Below are positions 53,301 through 64,000 of a stretch of 64,000 nucleotides of DNA, in pieces. Each line of letters opens with the position of its first letter. Position 1 is the first letter of the stretch. Position numbers and translations under genes: made by a program. The notes under the pieces are model-generated. The model had not been told where the DNA came from. It was given only the letters and a program-made list of their open reading frames with translations, and did no database searches. Origin of the DNA: Bilabrum cf. latius (taxonomy: Eukaryota); NCBI GenBank assembly GCA_965178125.1, contig OZ237737.1, positions 496,001 to 560,000 on the forward strand, read 5' to 3'.

Positions 53301-56300
53301 TGCAATCCACAGCAAGATAAGGACCCGGTTTATGCACAACTAGCCGACACGGCTCTTCTGGTCGCTCTAGTTAGTACATCACCCCCTTAGGAAAGCGCTA
53401 CCAGTGCCCTTGAAGCAGTTGCGCAGGGATAGGCCAGCAGCCCAGGTCTAAGTGAGGCACAGAATAATGTTATCAGCTGGGCGAAGCGTCTCTGCATGCG
53501 GGATAGTGTAAGATAGGATTAGCCTCGGAGTTCAGGCACAGCGCTATGCGTTGCTGTTTGGACGGGGTGCCGCGCATTACTTTACCTTGTGCGAGTGTGT
53601 GTACGTATGCTGCATTTTATCTGTCCCGCAGGATGGCTGCTCCGCTTTGGGTTACGTTGTAGGCGAGGCAGGTGGTCAAGGTAATGCGAATTCAGCTATC
53701 GACTTGCTTGTAGCGTTGGGTTGCTGCGTATCAAGCACGCAGGTATACCATCGCGGTGAAACGTTCAGCGCAATCGAGGCCGTAACAGCCTCGCATGAAA
53801 CACGCAGTTGCTACCCAACTCGTGCTAGTTTTGTGCAGACAGCCCGAGAGAGCCTTGAAGCGAACAGTGATCCACTTGCCAGTGGGTCAAGTGCTGCTGG
53901 TGCTGCGGGAGATGCCAGCCCGATGAATTTAGCCTCTGTAGAGAAGCCCACGTGGCTCAACTTCTGTACTAGCTTGGCAGTAGATAATGTTGTTCACCGT
54001 GCCATCGCCGTGGCCGCTGGCTGGCACCGCTACCCAGACGGTGAACCAGAGGCGAGGTCCGCTGAAGTTACGAAGATGGCCGCCAGGGCCTTCGAAGAGA
54101 GTGAGGCTCCAACAGCTGTTCGATTAAAGGTAGCTCAAGCTGCCTGGCTGCTGGGAAGCTTGATGCCGGACCAGATCCACTTCAGTGTGTCCAAGGATTG
54201 TAACTCGCTGCTGTGGAGTGCCAAAGGGCCGGATGATGGAGCTGCTGGCAGCTCCGGCGCCCTCGAAGTTGACAAAGAATGCCTGCACGCCCTACCTGAG
54301 GTGGTACAAACGCTGTGCGGTGGTCGGCCTGCCCTACCACAGGCAGACTAGGCTACTGACCCAAAGCAGCGTCCTTGCACTTTGCTGCGAAGTGAAATTG
54401 CTGAAAATCTACTGGCTCCGATCCGAAACGGTGAGATGTAGGCGAACGAAGACGACCACTATCAAATGTAGGCCCTAAAGTATCTGTGTTCCATGAAGCT
54501 GTTGTCGACACACGTTGAGCGTCCTGTCGGAGTGGTCGAGAATATTACGAAAACAGTTGACTCTTCAGCCGGACGCGAATTACGTTCGCAAGTTGGCAAG
54601 ATGTTAGCAGCCGGAGAGACTCTACTTCACGATGCATGGGTACGTGTGAAGGCACCTACCGTTGACCACGCAGCGGTGAGCGCCGGTGCCCGTGCCGCTG
54701 CAAGTGGTTCTGCATCTAACCCAGATGCTGAAATTGCCGTTCCCCCAGTCTGCGCCCTCATGCTTCAAAGCGGTGCTGATGGCTCAGAATTCCCTGACCT
54801 CGCTAGCATTGTACTTTTGTTGTACGGCGCAAGCCCGGTCTAGGGGTCCGAGGTAAGTCGAGTTTCGCACTCATGTTAACATTTATTTCTCTACTTTGCA
54901 GAGCTTACACTAAATGCACAATATTATTTCACATATTTCGCAGGATAGCACTTGTACGCCCCTCTCTGTGCTCGTGCAGTAGATTCGCGCTGGATCTATA
55001 GATCGAAGAATGCGTACGGAGCCGCATCTCCGCAGTTCACTCCTTGCGGCACTTGCTGATGCGGCTTGGACCCAGGGCCAGAAGGACCCTGCCGTGTGGA
55101 CTGCGTGGACACAGGCCGTGATGCAGCAGCTGAAGCTGTGCACGTAGCACACCAAGGGCGACGAGCTGGTAGTTGAGCTGCTGCTGGACTACTCTGGCAT
55201 CCTGGAGGGTCCGCTGATGCTGCTGCATCAGGCTGGCAGCGGGATCCAGGATGAGCCAGCCAGCGGGGCAGGTGCCAGCGCTGGTGCTGGAGGTGGTGTA
55301 GCTGCTGATGTGGAGGCCCTTGTTGCATCCAGCGCTATGCTGCTTCAGGATGTGTTTGTGTGGGCATGCTCGAGCAAGAGCGTGTCGGGGCAGGTGCTGA
55401 GCAGCTTGCTGGAGCGCGGGTGCAGCCCCACAGCGCCGGGCAGCAGTGGAGAGACCCCTCTGCGTGCAGCCGTGCGGGCTGGTCGGCTTGCGGCCGTGAT
55501 CGAGTTGCTGAAGCGCGGCGTGAAGCTCAGTAGGCTGCACGTAGCAAGTTATATTGCAGCCGATGGCAGGCTTCCCAAAGTTGCCGATGTTTTGGAAAGG
55601 GTGACCCTTGAGGAGGAGACCACTGCAGAAGCGCAGCTATCAGCAATTAGGGCTGAGCTCGAGGCCGAGATAGATGCTGAGACACCCAAGCTAGGGGTAA
55701 TTGACGAATACGACTGGCCTGCAGCGTGGAATGCAGGGCGCGCGGACTTTGTGACTGTTTTGTCCATGGCCGACATGAAAACGTGGCGAGACAAGGCAGT
55801 CAAGAGCCTCTAGGAGTCTGGCGAGCTTGCTGAGAAGCAGTTCCAGGATTCAGGCGAGTGGAAACTGCTCTGTGTGAGGCGAGGCGTTTTGCTTCGCGCC
55901 GCATCGAATGTGTGGGGGCAGCCCGAGCTGTGGAAGACAGATGGTGCGGATGCGTCTTCCCTGATCCATGCTATCGAGCATGCGACTGGAAGCATACAGG
56001 CACATCTTGGGCATCTAGCTGAAAGTGCAGCGGCGTCAGAGGCGAAGGCTGTAGAGGAGGAGGCAGAGGCAGCCAGGCGCAAGGCCGCTGAGGAGGAGGC
56101 AGAGGCAGCCAGGCGCAAGGCCGCTGAGGAGGAGGCAGAGGCAGCCAGGCGCAAGGCCGCTGAGGAGGAGGCAGAGGCAGCCAGGCGCAAGGCCGCTGAG
56201 GAGGAGGCAGAGGCAGCCAGGCGCAAGGCCGCTGAGGAGGAGGCAGAGGCAGCCAGGCGCAAGGCCGCTGATGAGGAGGAAGATGGCGATGACGTCCTAG

Positions 56301-56467
56301 GCTCTGGGGCTGTGGCCGTAGCGTCAGACGCCTAGAGGATGCGATACACCAAGGATAGTTCCAAGAGCCGTCCACGACCCCGTGGGCCAGCCGCACATGG
56401 TCGGGACTAGTCTCAGTCGTCCAATGGTGGGGGGAGCAGCTCTGGTGGATTCTGTACTATCTCGTGA
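47314..56467 (+). CDS. Giant ankyrin-repeat protein, copy B (~2800 aa), tandem paralog of copy A; introns 47665-47775, 49207-49304, 50487-50598, 52081-52229, 53508-53631, 54853-54943
   Basis: Same exon structure and the same CTIS-TGA end. The 5' half is nearly identical to copy A at an offset of 10836 bp. Confidence 0.78.
56066..56281 (+). repeat. 36-bp coding minisatellite, 6 copies (EAARRKAAEEEA)
   Basis: gaggcagccaggcgcaaggccgctgaggaggaggca in tandem. Confidence 0.95.
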
Positions 56468-56663
56468 GACGGGTGATCCCACTGGGCCACGGTCCTTTAT
56501 CACGTGTGCTAGAATTTGATTAAAGATTTAATAGATAGTCCATTTGTTGGTTGACACAAATTGACAGTCTTGGTTGTGGCCAACTTGTTGAACTTGAGGG
56601 AACCTTCGAGAAGTCCGACCCAGTTTCCGTTCGTCACTGGCAGTCCACTGGTGCACCACAGAC

Positions 56664-57641
56664 ATGCAAAGTGCAGCCTCTTACAAGAAATCACGGGAGG
56701 ATGAGTTGGATGAAATCGTAGGCTCCTGGTTGCAGTCATTCGCGTTGGAAAGGCAAAGGCTAGAGCGAAGCTAGTGCATCACTTCGGCGGTAGTCGCGCA
56801 ATGCAGACGCCTGTTATCGCTACTAAGCTAGCAAATGCTTGTTGCACAAGCATCAAAATCATTGCACGATGCCGACGCCATGACAATCAAAACTCTGAAA
56901 AATGCGCTCAAGTAGAAAGAGCAGCACCTGCAAGTTGCAAGGCAACGTGAGCTGGTCGCACAGCGTCTTGTGGCTCGACTACAAAGAAAGCTGGCGGAAG
57001 TTGACACTGAAACAGTAAAGGTGGACTCTCTTGCATCTTAGCTTGTGGTAGAGGAACGCCGATCGCTTTCTCGGAGGAGGCAGGCATCTTCTTCACCACC
57101 AGCCGGCGGCCTCGCCGGAAGCGGGATCGCCTATGCGAACAAATCTGCTTCGAACATTCGGAAATCATCGCCAACCACATCATCATGGCGAGCTACAGTG
57201 ACCGGAAGGCGTGGCTCGGAGACGACTGGGGGCATCATGCTCCGGGAAGCCGAGACGCAGCGCAAGCGAGCCCTGGATGGAATCGGCATTGGAGGGGCCC
57301 CGTCTCCACTCATGCAGGCAGGATCCAGGCACGCTCGGCGAGAACACCATTCGAGAGATCATGAAGCTGCACTTATTGACCCGCACGGCTTGCCTTCATC
57401 AGCAGCGTCCGGTGAGCATCGGCCCGGCACCGGTGATCACGCAAGCCGCCCAGCTGCTAGTAGAGCAGGGTACACCCGCCCGAGCAGCGCTGCAGTGCCC
57501 CCTCACGTACGCACCCGTGGTGGGGGAACCTCTGGACGAAGCTTTGCTGGCCCTCTAGCCATGGCCCTCGCAGAAAGCAAGGCCGCCGCAGAGGCGGAGG
57601 CAGGTGCCGTAAGCGGCGCTTCTAGGGGTGGGACGCATTGA
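56664..57641 (+). CDS. Hypothetical coiled-coil protein; 4 in-frame TAG
   Basis: ORF 57045-57641 extends upstream through TAG only, giving MQSAASYKKSREDELDEIV...LKNALK[TAG]KEQHLQVARQRELVAQRLVARLQRKLAEVD; ends TGA. Confidence 0.6.
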
Positions 57642-58012
57642 CTCAATGGGATCACAGTGAGGTTCCTTGCGTACGATATGTAGCTTTTTTCAGATTTGAA
57701 CACGCCGAGCAGGCACCGTTACAAAAATTGCAATGCATCCGGATGTATTGGCTGCTCCTCATATTGGATATGCATCAAGTTTCTGTGTGTTTGTCTTCAC
57801 CAACACTGACGCACTCCTGTGGCATCAGGGCGAGGCGAGACTCGCGCCGCATACTACCCTTCTTCTCATCGTTTCCTTAGATTCCACCCTGCAAAACACA
57901 GCTGCTGTACCCCTCAATGACAACTCCCCACATCTCTTGCACGCCCCCACACGCATGCTCCTTGCCCTATCCACCCCTGAGAGATGAACAAGAGATCCCA
58001 ATATCGATCAGC

Positions 58013-60682
58013 TCACAACACCTCAAGCCCTCTGCCCCCGTCAGGGCACAGCTCCGAGACGGTCACGCCTGCCAGCCCCCTTGATCCGCAGATCACGTCA
58101 AGCGCGCGGTCCACAGAGGCCACCACGTCGTGGTCGTAGCTCGGCCTCTCGAACCCAGGCACGTGCGAGAGGCTGAAGACGAGGTCGGCGGGCAGCTGGG
58201 CGTGCAGCTTGACGATGCCGCCGCGAAGGTCGCCCTGGTGCGAGAGGCGCTCACGCACGCGAGCGGGCCCTTTGGTGTCGTGGTCCCAGGGGCAGTGCGA
58301 CCACAGGCACACGGACATACCTGCGGCGTTCGCGGCGCGCAGGACTGACACGTTGCGGGTGCCGCTCTGCGGCCTGAACCAACGCACAGTGGTCTGGCGG
58401 AACGGCTCGGGTACTAGCTCCAGACGGAAGTGCAGCGTGCTGTAGAGCAGAGCGGCGAGGCTGACGTCCACGTCGTCATCGTCGCTGTCATCCCCATCCT
58501 CGTCCTCTTCGTCCTCCTTCTTGCCGCCTGACCCGCGTGCCCTGCTGCCTGCTCTGCGCCTCGCCTTGGGCTTCTCCTCCTCCTCCTCGGCCTGCTGCTC
58601 CATCGCCTCCATCTCCATCTCCGCCGCGTCCATATCCTCAAACTCGCCGGGGATAGTCTGAAGGGCCCTCTCTAGAGTCTCCTTGGCCTCTCGCATGGCG
58701 CCCTCGGTGTCCAGGCGGCCAGACGACGTGCCAGAGGGGCCCAGAAGCCCGATCTCGTGGCCAGCAGCAGCCACCAGCCTCACCAGCTGCGGCACCGCGC
58801 GGGCATCTCCCGCGGACACGAAGAAGGTGGCCCGGGCGCCCTTGTCCGCGAGCGTGGAGAGCACCTGGGCGAGCGTGGCCTCGTCGATCCCCTCGATGGT
58901 CAGGGCGGCGCAGTCGGTGTGCACGGAGCCGTGGGTGCTCACCTCGGCGAACATGGGCGCCAGCATGCGGTGTACACGGTTGGCACTGTGGCGGAGCGCC
59001 GAGGCGGCGCCGAAGATCAGAGTGGCGAGCACCGCTGCCACCAGGGGCTCGTCCACGGAGGCGCCCTTGTTGGCGAGCATGCGGGCAGGGGAGTACAGCG
59101 CGATGAGGGCGCCAACCTGCGCCTTGCCCGGTACGAGGTTCCACAGGGGCTGCAGGAAGGACAGGCCGTAGGTGATCCACTCCACGGCCTGGGTGACGTA
59201 AGGTCCCACGGCGTCGGTGACTGGCTTGAGTGCCGAGTAGTCGGCAGGGGGGTTCTCCTTGAGCTGCTGCTGCCCGAACACGATGGCGAAATAGCACACC
59301 GCGATCATTACCACCAGAATCGTAAAGTCCGCCGTGCCCATGCGCACGCTGGACGACATGCGGATGGTGGAAGTCTCGATGAAGCGCACGAAGGCGAGAC
59401 ACACCGACATGGCGGCGGCGTATCCGACGGCGAACGCGAACAGACGGGTGTGCATCGAGCCGTCGCCGCCAGTGGTCTGCGCCGCGTGCACGGCCACCAG
59501 CCCAAACGACAGGGTCACGAGCACAGCCGAGTTCCGCTGGAGCGGGGAGAAGGGCCCGTACACCGCGGGTTTGGTGCGGAGGAAGGGCCAGTGGCTCGCC
59601 AAGTCAACTGCGAGAACTGCCGTGGCGGCAAGGGCGAGAGCTACGGATCCGGAGCCGGAACTTCCGAAGAGGGTGGCGCCCTCTGCGCCCGTGATCCACT
59701 GGAACGCGTCGGTAGGGCCCGGCAGGACGGCGATGGTCTCGGTCACGACCGACAGGCCGACCGCCCCGGCCAGCACGTACCACCACACGGGGATGTTCCC
59801 GGTCTCAGGGTACCTGGGGGGCCCTGCGACCAGTAGCGCGATGGGCAGGGACATGGCCAGCGCCACGATCTGCGGGGATAGCTCGATCCCGGCGTATGCG
59901 TAGGCGAAGAGGAGGCTCCCTCCGATGACGCCGAGCACGGCGAACTGAGGCGTGAACGTCTCGGCGAGCCCTGCGAGATAGGCGGCGGCATAAGGTTGAT
60001 ATGGATGATCGTGCAACCAAATACTGAAAGCTTCTGGCGTGCGAGATGGGAACTGGCTGAGGTAATTGCAGTGACACGCAAGTGATCTCCGCCAAGCACA
60101 CCGCTGACTAGCTCGCTCACACTTGACAGACACGCCATAGGCTGCGGCGAAAAAGGCAAGAATCACCGGGATAATCCTAAGGCTTGACGCCTCGAAGCCC
60201 TTGCCACCGATCACGTCAGGCTGTGTCGCAACGAGGACGATTCCAACTGCCACCGCCACCACGGTCGCAGAATACCGATGCCAAATCAGGGAGGCGCACA
60301 AAGTGCCAGCTCCAATCACGGCAGACAGAAGAAGCTCTTTGTTGATCTTGCTGGCAGAGACGTGCATGGCCACGTACACGAGGACACCCACAGTTGCCAC
60401 AACCGAGGTGAGGAAACACAGCGGAAGCATGATCGAAGTCAACTTCCTGCTGCCAGTCACGCCAGCAAATGCCACAAATGCGGCGCTGATGCTCTGCGTT
60501 GGAGACAGGAGGCCCTTGGGAGATACGAAGACATTCGATCGTGTTGCGTGAGATTCGAAGTGCAACTGCAACGAGACGCGAAGATCCCTGAGGCAGCACG
60601 TGCAGATGAGCCCAAGCTAGTCAGAACTTACAAAAAGAAAGAGTATTCCAGCATAACTCGTCTCATCTAAAGTAAAATTCAT
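58013..60682 (-). CDS. Multi-pass membrane protein with C-terminal NodB/polysaccharide deacetylase (CE4)-like domain, probably inactive; intron about 60494-60631, possible second in-frame intron near 60030-60120
   Basis: Many hydrophobic helices, then AALTIEGI, ARATFFVS, AAGHEIGLLG, RWFRPQSG, GGIVKLH. First exon MNFTLDETSYAGILFLF|GTAAGT. Ends TGA. Confidence 0.75.
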
Positions 60683-60921
60683 CCTCGCGTGCAGCAGGGA
60701 CTGAGTGCGTGGGCCAACGGCAGCGTCGATCTGGTTTAGACCGAAGGTAGCGTGCTGTTAAATCCAAGCGTGCGCGCGCACCCAAAGGGCAGATGAGCGT
60801 GGGCCCCCAGACCCTAGAAGTGGCTGGTCACCAGCCTCGCAAAGCAGTGCTTCAGCATATCACTTTGAGACTAATGCAAATATATGCATGCCAACCTCAA
60901 AAAAGCCAGCACTGCGCCTGT

Positions 60922-62658
60922 TCACAGCGACAGCACCGCCATGGACGTCGTGACGGATCCAACACCGTCTTCTTCGTCGCTTGAGGGCAGGTCCTCGCCG
61001 ACCCCATCCTTCACCTCGATCCCAGCCTGCCTTTTCCTCTCTCGCTCTGCCGCCGCTCGTTTCCTCAGCTCGGCTTTCCTTTCTTTGTTGCTTAGACCCT
61101 CCAGGCTGGCATCCCCCCCAGCCTCCATCGCTTTTCTCTTCTTCCTGGCCGCCTTCATCAAACGCTTCGCCTCCTTGCGCCTACGCTTCTCTTCCTTCTT
61201 CTGCTAGGCAAGCGCAGCCGCAGATACCAAAGAGGCTGCCTTGCCAGACCCAGCAGCTGCATCCCCATCAGCAGCAGCAGCAGCAGCAGCAGCATCATCA
61301 CCAGGGCTTGAGATGGACCCACACGCCGCACCTGCCCGCGCTGTTCCGGTGGAGCTGCCAGCGCCAACAGGCGGCGGACACCCACCGGAAGGCAACATCG
61401 GGGGAACATTTCCCGACGTTGCAACCGCGTCTTCCTCCAGGGCTCCACCGAGGCCCAGGCCGCCCTCTCCCCAGCCGTCCGTGAGCAACGAGCCGCCGCC
61501 TGCACCGCTTGCACCCGCAGAGGCTGGGACTGTCTCGAATTCGCCTGCCCCCGCTTTGGAAAGTGCAGGCTTCGCTGCTGCAGCACCACCCACCGCTGCT
61601 GCTTCGCCATCGCCAGCCCCGTGGACTCCTTCCATGTCCCCCCAGGCTTCTCGCTTGCTCTCCTGCTGCGCGATCAGGATCTCCAGAGCGGCGTCAACGT
61701 CACCCTCCACGGATGCCAGCGTTGATCTGACGTCCCCCAGCGTCATTCCAACGGTGCTGCGGAGCAGAAGCTCCTCCTCACTCGTCACACCTCCATTGGC
61801 GCCGCCCATCGCTGCCCCCTTGTCCCTGCCCCAGTCCGCCCCGGCACCTCCCCCCATGTCCAGTCGGTCCCCTGCACCAGCACCAGCACCAGCACCAGCA
61901 CCAGCACCAGCACCAGCACCAGCACCAGCACCAGCACCAGCACCAGCAATGAGCCTCTTTGCCTCCGGCGCGCCTTCCCAAACCGCGCCTTTAGCCGTCA
62001 TGACGAATGGAGTGGCGGGGGCTTTCGCGTCGTCCCCTAGCATCCTGATGGAATCGTAGTGCTCTCCGTTGCGATACACGAGGTTGATCGTCTTCTTGTA
62101 ACCCGGCGACTTGAACTCCCACCGGGGCTGGTCCAGCTGGTGCACCACGATGTTCATCTTGAGGTGATCATGAATTGCCATGATTTCTAGCTGCCCCACC
62201 CATTCGCCTTGCTTGGCGATGTTGGCCGTGTACTCCTCAAAAGTACCGTCCTCCTCCTCGCTTATGAAAAACTGGTACCCATCCTTGTTTGCCTGCAGGC
62301 GCGCCACGCAAGCAGCACGAAGCTCGACGTGATGGGCTTCAGTCCCATGCAACTAGTCTGACACGGCTCGAAACATGCAATTCCCATCTGCAGCAACTTC
62401 TCGCACTTGCAAGTTGGCCTTCCGAAGCTCTACAGCCAGCTTTCTGCTATCCGCTGCCCACTTCGCCTTGTCCTACCTAGCCCTTTCTCGCTGCATTCTG
62501 CGCCTATCTCTCTTCTCCTGTTTCTTTTCTTGGGCACGCTTCTGGTGCTGCAATCGACGTTCCTCCTTGCGGGTCTTTGCCTTGCCTGCACCCGATCCGC
62601 CTGCCGCAGACTTAGCACTTGTCCCCTTTCCTGTCTTCTTTCCCTTCTTCTTCGGCAT
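60922..62658 (-). CDS. OTU-domain deubiquitinase (OTUD3-like) with UBA/CUE-like domain; in-frame TAG at 62473, 62353, 61204
   Basis: VREVAADGNCMFRAVSD[TAG]LHG, GEWVGQLEIMA, NLVYRNGEHYDSIR; UBA-like VRSTLASVEGDVDAALEILIA; basic termini; ends TGA. Confidence 0.92.
61874..61948. repeat. (GCACCA)n hexanucleotide repeat encoding (Gly-Ala)n in the OTU gene
   Basis: About 12 tandem copies seen directly. Confidence 0.9.
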
Positions 62659-62799
62659 TAAACAACGACAATTATTTCAGAGGGAGGAAATCTGGGCTTT
62701 GCTCCATCGTTCTTGCTCGTGGCATAGAACGTTCGTTTAGAGTAGCGAACCTCGGCTGAAATCCATCGCCACGAGTCGGGAATCGCCATTTCCTTCGCA

Positions 62800-64000
62800 A
62801 TGCCTAGGGTATACATTCACATTTAGGCTGGAAACAATGATCATGTCATAGCTGTTCCTAATGTTCGCGACACTGACACGTGCGAGTCGTTGGCAAAGGT
62901 GAGAGACTGATCGTTGTATGATGAGCCACGTGGGCTGTAAACATCGAGATTATGGAAGATGTCCGCTACAAACGAGTGTAATTACTACCTTTTGCAGGCA
63001 TTCGTGGAGTCTCCCGGGTTTCGCCGCCGATTCAAAGCAATTCGCCCAGCCGCAATTCGATTTCGAGTGTGCGGCAAGCCAGAAGGGGGCCTGCTCCCCC
63101 AAGTAGCTTCAGTAGGAAACGCGCTGCGGTCAGACTTAACTCCAGCGACTCCTGGCTACGCAGACGCTGTTGCTGTGATCGTGAAGTTGCCAGAGTCTGC
63201 AGGTGAGCCGGAATCTTAGGTAGCCGAAGCCGCCAGAGTGGCTGTCAAGCACGAGGGCGCTGGGAAGCGCGAACGTCCTGCTGCTAGGCACGTTGGTGCA
63301 TCTAGTGGAGCCGGCTCCGACGATATCCTAGCGGATACCAAGTCCGTCGGAGGCAGCGAGGCCGAGGACGAGCCCGCGGCAGCGGACTGGAGGAGCGCCT
63401 GCCTGCAGGCAGAGCTTGGCCTTCGAGGGGGGGTCTACAGGCAGGCCATCCAGGCCATCAAGCAGGCGGTGGAAGCATACCCGGGAGGTGCAGCAGGGGC
63501 CCCAACGGAGGCTAGGGTGGCTCTTCTCCGGTGCAGAGCGTGGGTGCAGATGAAGGTGGGGAGACCCGCGAGGGCAGTGAAGCTGCTGCGCCAAGCAGTA
63601 TCGCTGTCTAAGAAAGACCCGTCGCTTGCGTGCGAATTCGGAGAGAGCCTGCTGTAGACTGGAGACAGCAAGGCCGCAGTGTCTGCATTTGACGGCGCCG
63701 CGGTGGAGCTCCGCAAGATGGAGACTAGGCTGGCTGCTAGCCCCTCGGCAGCTGCCGCGGCCCAGGGCAAGTCAACGGCTCTAATCGGCGCCCACGCTGC
63801 GTACAAGCTGGCCATGGGCAAGGGAGGCCGCTTTACCCTGTGCAACGGCCCCGGGGGGCTGTGCACCACGCCCTTCCCGGGCGTATACTGCAGCACGGAC
63901 GCTTTACTCGGTTGTGCGAGAGCTCTGTGGAAAGGCGGCAACTTGGCGGGCGGGGTCCAGGTCATCAACGCGATCGTGGAGACGGGTGCAGGTGACGAGC
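62800..64000 (+). CDS. TPR-like protein, 3'-truncated; intron 62899-62997; in-frame TAG at 62824, 63217, 63655
   Basis: Phase-0 GTGAGA...TTTTGCAG intron; helical TPR-like segments YRQAIQAIKQAVEAYP, RAVKLLRQAVSLSKKDP, FGESLL[TAG]TGDSKAAVSAF; frame open to the window end. Confidence 0.65.

Larger units (their letters stand above)
36330..56510 (+). repeat. Tandem segmental duplication, period ~10.8 kb (unit A ~36330-46780, unit B ~47166-56510)
   Basis: Near-identical sequence, including introns and upstream region, at offset 10836 (e.g. 36478 vs 47314). Confidence 0.95.

Noticed and set aside
36330-56510. Transposon, LTR element or endogenous virus/virophage
   Set aside because: No transposase, reverse transcriptase, integrase, capsid or packaging ATPase motifs, terminal repeats or target-site duplications were recognised. 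The genes have host-like introns.
1-64000. Pseudogene cluster, RIP-like C-to-T mutation or sequencing error as the cause of the in-frame stops
   Set aside because: These processes would also create TAA (from CAA), TGA (from CGA) and frameshifts. Only TAG occurs, motifs are intact and many TAGs are shared by both duplicated copies.
1-64000. A-to-I editing (UAG to Trp) or pyrrolysine insertion
   Set aside because: TAG contexts are Gln-like (poly-Q, OTU DQL), not Trp-like, apart from one TGG/TAG paralog difference. No Pyl machinery is visible and pyrrolysine is not established in eukaryotes.
1-64000. Ciliate-type code with both UAA and UAG as Gln
   Set aside because: No in-frame TAA occurs in any gene model, and TAA terminates three genes, one directly after HEEL.
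1-64000. tRNA-Gln(CUA), other tRNA or rRNA genes
   Set aside because: No cloverleaf or rRNA-like sequence was recognised by eye. tRNAscan-SE would be needed to exclude them.

Overview
Gene-dense, GC-rich nuclear DNA from a unicellular eukaryote. It has short GT-AG introns and divergent gene pairs 100-250 bp apart; the lineage cannot be determined from sequence alone. The main observation is a non-standard nuclear genetic code: TAG is used as a sense codon, most likely Gln, while TAA and TGA remain stops. By manual count about 100 in-frame TAGs interrupt otherwise intact genes. They fall in poly-Q runs, at conserved Gln positions (OTU 'SD-Q-LHG', deoxynucleoside kinase 'RLKT-Q-LE') and opposite CAG in paralogs. 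Every complete gene ends in TGA or TAA, and no gene model needs an internal TAA or TGA. Recoding merges the fragmented ORF track into about 18 genes: M16 peptidase, AATF/Bfr2, GPD2, a type I membrane protein, a 4-TM protein, NECAP, a Zn2Cys6 factor, eIF4G-like, a deoxynucleoside kinase, a His-rich pseudo-pirin, EDRF1-like, Sec62, two tandem ~3000-aa ankyrin/helical-repeat/CaaX genes with mosaic hypervariable segments, a coiled-coil protein, a membrane NodB-like pseudo-deacetylase, an OTU deubiquitinase and a TPR-like protein. Family calls come from motif recognition by eye, not database searches.
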